Positions 52,557-62,088 of a stretch of 64,000 bases of DNA are shown piece after piece; position 1 is the first letter of the stretch, and every line of letters starts with the position of its first letter. Below the pieces are notes generated by a model. The model saw only the letters and a list, made by a program, of their open reading frames with translations, did no database searches and was not told the DNA's origin. The DNA comes from an uncultured Gemmatimonadales bacterium. GTDB taxonomy: Bacteria; Gemmatimonadota; Gemmatimonadetes; Gemmatimonadales; Gemmatimonadaceae. The stretch spans positions 122,032 through 186,031 of the forward strand of contig CAVPQB010000002.1 in the NCBI GenBank assembly GCA_963707505.1. Direction: 5' to 3'. A program made the translations under genes and the position numbers.

Positions 52557-53688
52557 GTGACAGAAGAACCTGAAGCGCGCGCGGTCGAAATCGGCGTGGT
52601 GCGCCACTCGCTGAGCCTTGCAATTCTTGCAGTGCTCGCGGTGGTCTACACGCTGTACTTCGGCCGCGCGTTTTTCATACCCATATTTTTTGCCCTCGAG
52701 CTCAACTTTCTGTTGAGCCCCGCGATTCGCTGGGCGCGGAGAGTGTTGCGTCTTCCCGCACCGCTCACATCGGCCGTTCTGATACTTGCGCTTGCCGGTG
52801 GTCTTGGGCTTGGTGTGTACGAGCTCGCCGCGCCCGCTCAGGGATGGATCACGTCTGCGCCGGCGACGCTCAAGCAGGCTGGCGACAAGCTTCACAAGAT
52901 CATGAAGCCGATGGAGCAGGTGTCGCGCACCGCCGAGCAGATGGACAAGGTGAGTATTGTGCCGAGCGGAGGTACGCAGCCACGCACGGTCGTCGTTGCA
53001 GGGCCGAGTTTGGGATCGCGCTTTTTCGGGACGACGCAGAGTGTGGTGGCTGCGTTGCTGGAGGTGCTCGTACTGCTCTTCTTCCTGCTCGCTGCGGGCG
53101 ATCTCTTCTTGCAGAAGACGATCAAGGTTGCGGCGCGGCCTGCGAGCCAGCGAGTCGCGGTGGAAGTTGCGCGGCAGATTGAAGGATCGATCTCGCGCTA
53201 TCTCGTGACGTCGGCGTTGCTCAACCTCGCCGAAGGCGCCGTGTTCACCGGTGATCATGTACCTGCTCAAGATGCCGAACCCGTTTCTGTGGGGCGCGCT
53301 TGTCACGTGTCTCGAGTTCATACCGTACATCGGCGCGCTCACTCTCGTTACGATACTCACCATTGCGTCGCTCACCGTGTTCGACAACGTCGCGCACGCG
53401 CTGATCGTGCCTGGGACATTCGTTGCGCTGAACCTGATTCAGGGGAATCTCATCGGGCCGATGGTGATGGGGCATCGACTGTCGTTGAATCCGGTCGCCA
53501 TATTCATTGGAGTGGCGTTCTGGTGGGAGATCTGGGGGATAGCCGGCGCGTTTATCGCGGTTCCAATGCTGGCGTCGCTCAAGATCGTGTGCGATCATGT
53601 CGTGTGGCTGGAGGGAGTCGGCGAATTCCTGGGCCAACGCGACAAGGACGAGCGGCGGGTTGTGGTGCGACCGGTAACAACAACGTGA
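52557..53688 (+). CDS. AI-2E family transporter (frameshift near 53250)
   Basis: FFIPIFFA...LLSP, then LEFIPYIG, LNPVAI, WGIAGAFIAVP in another frame. Confidence 0.87.
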
Positions 53689-53691
53689 GAG

Positions 53692-54471
53692 ATGGCGACT
53701 ACAAGCAAGAAACCAAACAGGACTGCAAGTAGCACGACGACGAGTAACACGCCTGAGAAGTTCACCGGATTCAGACCTGCGGCGCTGACGTTTCTGCGGA
53801 GTCTCGCGCGGAACAACAAGCGCGAGTGGTTCGAGGCGAATCGGTCGCGATACGAATCCGAAGTAAAGCTCCCGCTGCAGGTGCTGGTCGAGGAGATCGA
53901 CGCGCGGCTCGGCGAGATCGCGCCGGAGATGGTGGGGAATCCCAAGCGCTCGATCTTCCGCATCTATCGTGACGTGCGGTTCTCGAAGGACAAGTCGCCG
54001 TACAAGACCAACGCTGCGGCGTGGTTCTATCATCGCGATGCGGGGCATGCTGTTGGTACTGCTGCCGTGCATGGTGGCGCGGGATTCTATTTTCAGATCG
54101 CGCCGGGGGAGTGCATGGTTGCGGGCGGGATCTGGATGCCTCCTGGTGCTGCTTTGAAAACGTTGCGTGAAGCGATCGCGGATGATCCGGATGAGCTTCG
54201 ATCCATACTGCGACAGGCGGCGTTCAAGCGGGCGTTTGGTGCGTTGAGTGACGAGGCGGTGTTGAAGCGGACGCCGCGTGCGTTCGATCCGGAGCATCCT
54301 GCGGCTGACCTGCTGCGATATAAATCATTCACGGTCAGTCGCGAGCTTTCGGAATCCGACATGTCGAGCGCGAAGCTGCCGGACATGATCGCGAAGCAGT
54401 ATGCGACGATGTTGCCGTTCGTGCGCTGGCTCAATCGCGTGCTCGGGCTTCCGGCGCACAGCCGGCGATAA
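53692..54471 (+). CDS. DUF2461 (TIGR02453) family protein
   Basis: FLRSLARNNKREWF, FRIYRDVRFSKDKSPYKT, GFYFQI. Confidence 0.92.
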   Translation: MATTSKKPNRTASSTTTSNTPEKFTGFRPAALTFLRSLARNNKREWFEANRSRYESEVKLPLQVLVEEIDARLGEIAPEMVGNPKRSIFRIYRDVRFSKDKSPYKTNAAAWFYHRDAGHAVGTAAVHGGAGFYFQIAPGECMVAGGIWMPPGAALKTLREAIADDPDELRSILRQAAFKRAFGALSDEAVLKRTPRAFDPEHPAADLLRYKSFTVSRELSESDMSSAKLPDMIAKQYATMLPFVRWLNRVLGLPAHSRR

Positions 54472-54499
54472 CGTCTCTTCCCCGCGATAGACGCCAAAG

Positions 54500-55598
54500 A
54501 TGAGCGCCGTGACGACGCCGAGTGCGCAGAGCGGCGCCGAGTATGATCGGGCGCGGGAGCTGGTGCTGGAGTACGGGTGGAATTCCACTGCGTACCAGAT
54601 ACTGAATCCTGGGTTCGAGCTGTGGTTCTCCAGGGTGCATCCGGCGGTGGTTGGGTATGTACGAGCTGGCGGGCGACGAGTGGTGGGCGGTGCGCCGGTT
54701 GCTGCTGACTCCGATCTGCGCGACGTGGCTGAGGAATTCGAACGCGATTCACGCGCGGCGCATGCTGGTGTGGTTTACTTCGGCGCCGAAGAGCGGCTCG
54801 AGGCATTGTATCGCGGGACTAAAACCCACTCCGCGATATTGCTCGGCGCGCAGCCGTCGTGGGATCCTGAAGACTGGGCTGGTATCATCGCTACGCACTC
54901 GTCGTTGCGCGCGCAGTTGAATCGTGCGCGGAACAAGGGTGTGAGCGTTGCGTTGTGGCCGTCGGATCGGGCGGAACGGAGTCCCGAGCTCAAGACGTTG
55001 CTTCAGGAATGGTTGGGGACGAGAGGATTGCCGCCGCTGCATTTTCTGGTGGAGCCGGAGACGTTAGGGAATCTTCGGGATCGACGAGTTTTTGTTGCGA
55101 CGCGTGGGGAGGTGCCGGTGGGGTTTCTGGTTGCGTCACCGATACCGGCTCGGCGCGGCTGGCTCACCGAACAGTTCGTGAGGGGGCGCGGGGCGCCGAA
55201 TGGGACTGCGGAGCTGATGATCGACAGCGCGGTGCGGTGGGTGGCGGAGCAGACGTGCTGACTACGTGACGCTCGGACTGGCGCCGTTGTCGACTGCGGG
55301 CGTGGGGAACTTAACAGATCAAGATTTGTTGATACGTTTGGGATTCAAGTGGGTGCGGGCGCATGGGAGGCGGTTTTATAACTTCGGGGGGTTGGACAGT
55401 TTCAAGGCGAAGTTTGCGCCGGAGAGGTGGGAGGCGGTGTATGCGGTTGCGAACGAGGGGCGGTTTTCGATACGGTCGTTGTATGCGATCGCGTCGGCGT
55501 TTACGGAGGGGAGGCCGTTTAGTACGGTGGCGAGGGGGTTGGTGCAGGCGGGGAGGCAGGAGGTGAGGTGGATGGGGCGGACAGGATTGAGGCAGTGA
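54500..55598 (+). CDS. DUF2156 (aminoacyl-phosphatidylglycerol synthase C-terminal GNAT-like) protein, frameshift near 55255
   Basis: GGAPV, LRAQLNRARNKGV, APNGTAELMI, TLGLAPL, FYNFGGLDSFKAKFAP. Confidence 0.85.
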
Positions 55599-55624
55599 CC
55601 ATCTTCGCGTTCGCGCACGCCGTC

Positions 55625-55799
55625 ATGTCTTATACTGCGGAGATTGCAGCATAAGATGGCAACGGAGAAACGCGTACGATCGCGTAAGTCTCTCTGGCCC
55701 TAGGAGATGCGTCTTGCGCTCAGGGACTTGGTGCCCATCTTATACTGCGTGCTTGCAGTGTTTTTGAAGCAGAGCGTTGCAGCCTAATATGCGTTAGGC
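55625..55799 (+). other. attI-like recombination site with four GCAGYMTAAKA motifs
   Basis: GCAGCCTAAT-ATGC-GTTAGGC core at 55779-55799; related motifs at 55625 (rc), 55646 and 55735 (rc); GTTAGGC is the complement of the first cassette's GCCTAAC end. Confidence 0.65.
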
Positions 55800-55826
55800 C
55801 TCAACAAACTCCGTTTCCGTGTACGA

Positions 55827-56783
55827 TTGCCGCCAATAACATTTCTCACCCCGTTGTTCGTAAGTGAACGCGATGCGGCTGGGGAGCGCGTGGTCTTCAG
55901 AGCTCCCGGCTGGCTTGGCGAATTCCGACGTCCGCGCGAACGCCGTTATCGGCACGAGGGATTACGGCTTCACATCGAAGCTCCCGACGGGGATAAAGCG
56001 CAAGCCGCCCTGGATGCGATCTGGGCGGCGCTCGGAATACTTGAGTTCGAGGCCGGCGACGATCCGTACATGCTGGTATTCAGTCCGGGCGTTGAATATC
56101 GACCTGGTATCGACGCAAGGTCTGCGGTATCCACCTCCGCTTACTATCCGCGCTCAGTTGTTCGCGCTTGCGCGTTGGCCGCGAAGGCAGCTAGGCGGCG
56201 AGAAACCCAGTACGCCTTGGCCATCCTGCATCGCAGCATGGCGCTTCATTCCAACCACCCGATGGAGCTCGATCCAGATCACGCCCGTCACGTACGGCTT
56301 TCACCAAACCCGAGCGATCACGCGCGTTTCGCTTACGCCATTGTGACTGCCTATGCTGCACTCGAACAAATGGGATTAGAGGTAAGAGCATCACAGAAGA
56401 ATCCATCCTTTATCAAGGGCGCGTGGAACCCGCCGGTCAAGAGCAATCTTGAAACGCGATTGACGGACGCCGGGGTGAATCTCGCAGATTCAGCTGTGTG
56501 GCACCTCCGGGGACCGCGCACTAGCATCGAGAAGGCACGAGGGTTACGGGCAGTTCGCCGAGCCAATTGGGCGTCGGGTGTGGTGCGAGACATTGAAGTC
56601 GACGTCACCGATGCCATCGCTGGGGCAAGCTGGCTACGTAGCAGAGTCTCAGCTCACAAGATTGGTGACCTAGCACGATCACTTTCGATTTATGACGTCG
56701 CGAACGTACAGTATCTAGTACGGCGGCTCTTCTTAGAGAAGCTCCGCATGTACCCGAAAGCACCGTCGCGACCTGAGGCCTAA
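55827..56783 (+). CDS. cassette 1: hypothetical protein with HEPN-like C-terminus
   Basis: Stop codon lies within the attC inverse core; helical C-terminus with WLRSRVSAH. Confidence 0.7.
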   Translation: MPPITFLTPLFVSERDAAGERVVFRAPGWLGEFRRPRERRYRHEGLRLHIEAPDGDKAQAALDAIWAALGILEFEAGDDPYMLVFSPGVEYRPGIDARSAVSTSAYYPRSVVRACALAAKAARRRETQYALAILHRSMALHSNHPMELDPDHARHVRLSPNPSDHARFAYAIVTAYAALEQMGLEVRASQKNPSFIKGAWNPPVKSNLETRLTDAGVNLADSAVWHLRGPRTSIEKARGLRAVRRANWASGVVRDIEVDVTDAIAGASWLRSRVSAHKIGDLARSLSIYDVANVQYLVRRLFLEKLRMYPKAPSRPEA

Positions 56784-56872
56784 CGAACGCTGAAGCTGAC
56801 AAGACGCTATTGAATAGTGGCGCCTGCGCCACTCTTATGAGACTTCTTTGCAGCTTAGCTAGGGCGTTATAC
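56778..56872 (+). mobile_element. attC site 1
   Basis: GCCTAAC-GAACG-CTGAAGCTG ... CAGCTTAG-CTAGGGC-GTTATAC with central hairpin AGTGGCGC/GCGCCACT. Confidence 0.9.
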
Positions 56873-56886
56873 CGCAACACGCATCG

Positions 56887-57170
56887 ATGCTGAACCAAGC
56901 CGACCTCGAGTCGATTCAAAATACTCGGACCACCATCGCGAGCTGCTCGCGCATCCTGACGACGCCGGCTGCTTCTACTGCGGTGCGCTTTTCAAGCCGA
57001 CCGAGATCATGGACTGGATCGATGGTCGGCAGGTCGAAACCGGTAGCACTGCGAATGGTGTAACCGCCCTTTGCCCGCGATGCGGGATTGACGCCGTCCT
57101 GCCTTCCGCCGCACCCTTCCCGCTTGACGAGTGTGTCTCCGCAATGCATCATCACTGGTTCGAGAAATGA
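56887..57170 (+). CDS. cassette 2: small zinc-ribbon protein (frameshift near 56918)
   Basis: Translated by hand: MLNQADLESI/KYSDHHRELL...GCFYCGALFKPTEIMDWID...TALCPRCGIDAVLP...HWFEK. Confidence 0.75.
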
Positions 57171-57194
57171 CGAGTGATTGTTCTCGCGCCGGCG

Positions 57195-57292
57195 GTATAA
57201 CGAACGCTGAACCTGACAAAGGGGCTATTGAAGACGCTCGCGCCGCGAGCGTCCTTATATGATCCCTTTGCAGCTTAGCTAGGGCGTTAGCC
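57195..57292 (+). mobile_element. attC site 2
   Basis: GTATAAC (complement of the cassette start GTTATAC) GAACGCTGAACCTGACAAAGGG ... CCCTTTGCAGCTTAGCTAGGGCGTTAGCC; central GACGCTCGCG/CGCGAGCGTC. Confidence 0.92.
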
Positions 57293-57311
57293 AGCAACAC
57301 ACTTCCCAATC

Positions 57312-57755
57312 GTGACAATCCACGCGATTTCAGCAATCGGCCGCAGCGCTCTCTTGACCGAGATCGTAGTGAAGCTAACCGATGTTCCAGCGCCAGAGTT
57401 CATCACGTTCGATGACCGATTTCCCGCGATGGAGATCGCGGCGTGGCCGAGTGGGGCTGATCCATCCGAGCCGCCGATCTACACGGGCCGTGTTGTCCTC
57501 GTCGATGCCCAACGCGTTGTGTCCCAGACGATGCACGCAAGCGATCCATACCGAGGCCTCGGGATTCCGGAGGCATGCTTGCTCCTAGTCCGGACTATGC
57601 TGGCGCGACCGCTCTACTCAAGCACGAATGCGGAGACCCTGGCGTGGCTTAAGACAGAGTACCAGGCGCCCGAAGCAGAAAAGGTCTGGCGGCGTTTGGA
57701 ACGTTGCGGATGGGCGAAATTCGACGCCGCGACGTATCGTTTTCTTTTACCCTAG
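57312..57755 (+). CDS. cassette 3: hypothetical protein with GNAT-like motif
   Basis: Starts 20 nt after attC2; PYRGLGIPEA resembles the acetyl-CoA binding loop; AEKVWRRL. Confidence 0.55.
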   Translation: MTIHAISAIGRSALLTEIVVKLTDVPAPEFITFDDRFPAMEIAAWPSGADPSEPPIYTGRVVLVDAQRVVSQTMHASDPYRGLGIPEACLLLVRTMLARPLYSSTNAETLAWLKTEYQAPEAEKVWRRLERCGWAKFDAATYRFLLP

Positions 57756-57821
57756 TCGTCAGGCTGCCTCACTAGAACTACATCCTCTCGACCTGCCTGC
57801 TAACGCCAGCAACAGAGTTCC

Positions 57822-58419
57822 ATGAAATGCCACCAATGCGGCACACCGGCCATGTTCCGGCAGGCCCTGACAACAAGATTCCGCTGTGCCTCGACTGCAA
57901 CCTCAAGCTGCAGACGTTGCACACAAGGCAGCTCGCTGAGATGGAGCGCGCGCTTAACCATTCCGTAGAGCAGACGGAGTCCATCGCCGGGTTCCCACTA
58001 GGTGGGAAGTTCCCGCCACGACCACAACCCGCGTTACGCAGGGGGCGCGGCGCTTAACGACATCCGACGTCAGCGACAGCCAAGCGGGCGTTCTGAACAC
58101 CGGATACCACCGGCTTCATCGACGCCGCTATCACCGTCGTTCGGAACGAAGGCGTCGGGAGCTCGCAACGGCGCTTTCGGATTTTACAGAAGAAAGTCGC
58201 CAAGGTCGGGATCTCACCGTCCAGCAAAGGCGCGAGGTCGTCGAATCGTCGTCAGCGCCGCCGCTACGGAAGCCGCGGTCTCCACAGCAACGACGGAAAC
58301 CCGCTGTTGTGCGAGCGCTTATCGTGGACATAGTGCAGCTTGTGTCTGGCACGGCAGCGGTCGCCGAGCTCGGACATCGTACGGCCGCAGTAGTGAAAGC
58401 CTCCGGGCTTCCGCTGCTG
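57822..58419 (+). pseudogene. cassette 4: Zn-finger (CHQC...CLDC) protein, heavily frameshifted
   Basis: MKCHQCGTPAMF, then IPLCLDCNLKLQ... in another frame; the reading frame breaks repeatedly; end approximate. Confidence 0.5.
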
Positions 58420-58443
58420 AAAAGTTATCGCGCAGGCGCCTAG

Positions 58444-58569
58444 GGCCGAACGCAACGCTGAAGTGACGCTTCGTATGTTCGGATTGCGCCGGCTCCGAGC
58501 TGCGCCCCCAGCTAGTGGCGCTCTTACCAAACCCCGTTCCGGGGCGCAGGCTTAGCTAAGGCGTTAGGT
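58444..58569 (+). mobile_element. degenerate attC site 3
   Basis: Left AACGCTGAAGTGAC and right GCTTAGCTAAGGCGTTAGGT resemble attC1/2; the inverse core is corrupted. Confidence 0.65.
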
Positions 58570-58604
58570 GGCTCCCACACGTTTTCCTTAGCCCAAGGTC
58601 GCGA

Positions 58605-58878
58605 ATGCTCACCCCCACCGCTCGTCGCTGGCAACTCCTGGAGCTCGTCCTCGCGGTCGCGGCTACGCTCTTCGCACTCAGTCGCAGCACTTCACGGGTG
58701 CTGGCAGGGCGACCGGTGGCATGGAGAGCTCGTGGGCGCTCCCCCTGCTCATCCTGGGCAACGCCATGCTCCTTGGTCCGGCTGGTGGCACACGCGCCGG
58801 CGGCTCGCCAACGTACTCGGAGTTGTTAGCGTCGTCGCTGCCCTTGCGATCCTCGTCGCAGAAGTGCGCACCCTCTGA
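58605..58878 (+). CDS. cassette 5: small membrane protein (frameshifted)
   Basis: MLTPTARRWQLLELVLAVAATLF; hydrophobic fragments; bounded by GTTAGGTGGC and GCCGCCTAAC. Confidence 0.45.
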
Positions 58879-58959
58879 GCCGCCGCCTAACGAACGTTGA
58901 AGCTGACAAGGGTACTTGCTCCAGTTCTGTAGACACTTTCACCTAACAATGGAGGTGTC

Positions 58960-59328
58960 ATGCCACGCTCAGGGCCACGCACGGTCCACCGCTACACTGA
59001 CGAGTTCAAGCTGACCGCTGTTCGTCTCAGCCAGCAGCCAGGAATTCAGGTACAGAGTGTCGCGGCCGCGCTGGAGATTCACCCGTTCATGTTGTCGAAG
59101 TGGCGAAAGGATGTACGCGACGGCCTGCTGCGAGGGCGAGTTCGGCCCGCCCCCAAACGCGGCCCAGCGCGGGAGCTCAAGCAGCTCCAAGCACTTGAGA
59201 AGGCCCATGCGCAGCTGCAGCTGGAGCACGATCTCCTAAAAAAAGCCATCCGGTTCTGCTCCGCGCGAAAGCAGACCGGTTCGCCTTTATCGCCACACTC
59301 CTCGCGCCCAACTCGCCGTTCAACGTGA
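58960..59328 (+). CDS. IS3 transposase OrfA
   Basis: YTDEFKLTAV HTH, leucine zipper, LLKKA; GGAGG RBS. Confidence 0.92.
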   Translation: MPRSGPRTVHRYTDEFKLTAVRLSQQPGIQVQSVAAALEIHPFMLSKWRKDVRDGLLRGRVRPAPKRGPARELKQLQALEKAHAQLQLEHDLLKKAIRFCSARKQTGSPLSPHSSRPTRRST

Positions 59329-60131
59329 CTCAGCTTTGTCGATACTATGGGGTCACGCGAGGCGGATTCTATGCCTGGCGCAATCGCGCCGTCAGCCTAC
59401 ATGCGGAGCGGGATCGGGAGCTGCGTAGCGAGATTACTCGGTGCTTCGCTCTGCATCGTGGGCGCTATGGAAGTCCACGCATTCATCACGCGATGATCAC
59501 ATCGGGGTGGACGGTGAGCCGACGTCGCGTCGCGCGACTCATGCGAGAGGCAGGTCTGCGCGCGAAAGCTGTGCATGGTTATCGTGCGAAAGTTGGCACT
59601 CACCGATTCTACGGGCAGCATCCGAACCGATTACGGACTGTCCACGCCACAGCACCGGATCAAATCTGGGTTGGAGACATCACCTACATCGCCGTGGCGG
59701 GGACATGGCGCTACCTGGCCATCGTAATGGATCAGTACTCCCGCCGGATCTTGGCCTGGTCACTTAGTCGACGCCGCGACGCCCGCGTGACGCGAGCCGT
59801 CCTCACCGCGGCAGTAACGCGACGACGTCCGCCAGCCGGGTTGATCTTTCATAGCGATCGCGGCTCCGAATATCTCGCCGCACAGTTTGGCGACCGCGTT
59901 ACGGCACTTGGCCTGCTGCAGAGCGCCAGTACGGCCGGTCCGGGAGACAATGCCCACATGGAGTCCTTCTTCCACTCTCTAAAAGCCGAAGTCACCCGCG
60001 GCGTAACCTACGATCAGGATACCGTGCTGCGCCGCGACATCGATAGCTACATGCGGTACTACAACACTACCCGGCAACACTCCGCGCTCGGATACCACTC
60101 ACCGTGTGCCTTTGAACGCTTAGTATTGTAA
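59325..60131 (+). CDS. IS3 transposase OrfB (DDE); joined to OrfA by a -1 frameshift
   Basis: YGSPRI, WVGDITYI, FHSDRGSEY, DNAHMESFFHSLKAE; the -1 frame from the A7G site is open into OrfB. Confidence 0.95.
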   Translation: MTQLCRYYGVTRGGFYAWRNRAVSLHAERDRELRSEITRCFALHRGRYGSPRIHHAMITSGWTVSRRRVARLMREAGLRAKAVHGYRAKVGTHRFYGQHPNRLRTVHATAPDQIWVGDITYIAVAGTWRYLAIVMDQYSRRILAWSLSRRRDARVTRAVLTAAVTRRRPPAGLIFHSDRGSEYLAAQFGDRVTALGLLQSASTAGPGDNAHMESFFHSLKAEVTRGVTYDQDTVLRRDIDSYMRYYNTTRQHSALGYHSPCAFERLVL

Positions 60132-60247
60132 ACGTCGTGTCTACGAAACCGGAGCACGATCCTGGGCTGATCTGTGGAAGCTCGCTGCGCTTGCTATTGT
60201 TTTCACTCGTCCACAGCTTAGTTCTAGGCGTTATGCAGACAACCTGA

Positions 60248-60947
60248 ATGTGGTGCGACGATCTTCCCGTTGAGTCTACGTGGGCCGCGCTGTGGCGTGG
60301 CTACATTCTTTGCGCTCGCTGTCGCGGCATCCGGACCGTCGCAGAATCGTGCCCGGCATGCGAGGCCCCGCCGCCGAGCCTCGCCCCGAGCGTAATCCGC
60401 ACCGGAAGATGGGCAGGAGTTCGAAGTTGCAACGGCATTCATGGGCGCTGAGGGTCGGTATGAAGACTGGGTATTTCTGATTCTTCTAGAGCGGGAGTGG
60501 AAGCGATCGACGACGGATGACGCTCTCCTAACACGCATCTCTGAGCAACATCGACCGTCGGATCGCGCCGCCTTCGTCCTTCTCTTCTGGACGTACTTCG
60601 AGACCCGGTTTGAGAGATTGCTCAGACAGGGAATGGCCGCCATACCTGAGCCCATCGTGGCGGACCTTCTTCAGAGATACAGTTCGATTGGAGCTCGCCT
60701 AGATCGCTTGTATCGGGTTCTGTTTAGCACGACTTATTGGGCCGACCTTGAGGACTTGGGCTACGGTCAAGTCGCGGCGTTGCTTCGCGACGTCCAAGAG
60801 CGGCGCAATCGATTCGTGCATGGTCACCCCGAGGCCATTGACGACGCCATCGTCCAACGACTCGGAGAGGGCCTGAAAAGAGAGCACGAAGCGTGGATCG
60901 CCGCGTTCAATCGCAGGGCAGCTTTGTCGCCGTCCACAGATTCGTAA
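60248..60947 (+). CDS. cassette 6: zinc-ribbon plus HEPN-like protein (frameshift near 60400)
   Basis: CARC...CPAC N-terminus; FWTYFETRFE and ERRNRFVHG (RNxxxH). Confidence 0.7.
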
Positions 60948-62088
60948 CTCTCATGGCAGCGGCTAGCCATAGTCCGATCCAAGAGAGCTCCGCGGCGCAG
61001 AGATCTCGGCGGACCTCCAGCCATCGGTGCGTAATCTAGGCGCCCGCTTGCTCGCCGGCGCGGGTGCCGCCGACGTCCTCCCCCGCAAACACTGGTCGTT
61101 AGCCACATCACGCTCGACATAGCGCCGTCGCCTAACGCGCGGCTCATCCCCGACTCGGGGCGGATCGGGCAGGTCGCGACGCAGTCTCGATGATGAGCAC
61201 GCCGCCCGCAGCATCGCGGCGGCGTTGACGCAACGCTTCCCATTGCCGAACTATTCGGCATCGAGGAGTATCGTTCGGAAGTTATGGACGTACTCAGTTT
61301 GCTGGCACCGGCGATTGCGCACCATCCCACGGCGTTGGGGGCACTCTCGGTAATACTCTCGCACTCCTTCACGCTCCTGCCGCTGTGGCGTTCGCTCCCG
61401 ACGTAGCCGACCAGCGAACACGAGCGCTGCTCGCAGAGCTTGCGCGCGAATAGGCGCCCGCCGCCTCAAAGCGCACATTTTGTACAATCAGGCGATATCG
61501 CTGCGTTCCTCCGCCGCAGATTCAAGCGTGGAAGCCCGTCTTCAAGAGCAGACGAACTGGTCTCCGAGGTGCCGCAACGATGAGCACGGCACCGAGCGAA
61601 AACTAGAGCATCATGGCGTCGCGGCGAGAAGTGTGCGCCGAGATTGGCGTAGCCGTCAATTCACTGCCGCGGATTATTTCGCCACTCGGCGCGTATGCGC
61701 CTCCACTCTTCTCGCAACTCGGCTTCCATCTCTTTGGGCCGACTCTTTATCTACCTCGAAACGACACCACCAAACTGTGCTGTTCCAAAGGACGAAGTGG
61801 GCCCGACAAGCGTGCGTCCGCCAAACTGAGGACATAAGTGCGCAGCACCGCGATCAGTCATGCGAAGTCGCCACGCAGGGCCAGCGCGCAAATCCAGATT
61901 GATTGAGAGACATCGCCACGACCCGACGGGCATTTGAAGACGAGCGCCCTGTCACCATCTGGACGAACCGCAGAGCGGCTGGCTGGCTCCCCACGATCGC
62001 CGCCCGCGCTCTCCTGCCCCGAGACGGTGATGAGCGGCCGGTAACGAAATGGACCGGTTCTCATTTGGACAACCACACAGAAACGCAG

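Larger units (their letters stand above)
58911..60162 (+). mobile_element. IS3 family insertion sequence
   Basis: 26-bp imperfect IRs GGTACTTGCTCCAGTTCTGTAGACAC and GGATCGTGCTCCGGTTTCGTAGACAC (rc), 20/26 identical; orfA plus orfB with an A7G slippery site at 59238-59245. Confidence 0.93.
58885..60236 (+). mobile_element. attC site 4 interrupted by an IS3 element (halves 58885-58910 and 60163-60236)
   Basis: GCCTAACGAACGTTGAAGCTGACAAG [IS] TGGGC...GTCCACAGCTTAGTTCTAGGCGTTATGC; the joined halves give a 100-bp attC. Confidence 0.85.

Noticed and set aside
55777..55804. Chromosomal dif site (CCTAA-6bp-TTAGG)
   Set aside because: The right arm lacks the XerD consensus TTATGTTAAA and is instead complementary to the cassette-1 attC end, so attI fits better.
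56778..57292. CRISPR array suggested by repeated AACGCTGAA...GCTTAGCTAGGGCGTTA
   Set aside because: The repeats are ~95-bp imperfect palindromes separated by whole genes, which makes them attC sites; no cas genes are present.
60942..61105. attC closing cassette 6 (CGTAAC...GTTAGCC)
   Set aside because: The inverse core does not complement GTTATGC and no L-box pairing is evident; at best a decayed remnant.
61200..62088. Short ORFs, one with a possible HTH (REVCAEIGVAVNSL)
   Set aside because: No consistent frame or recognisable family.
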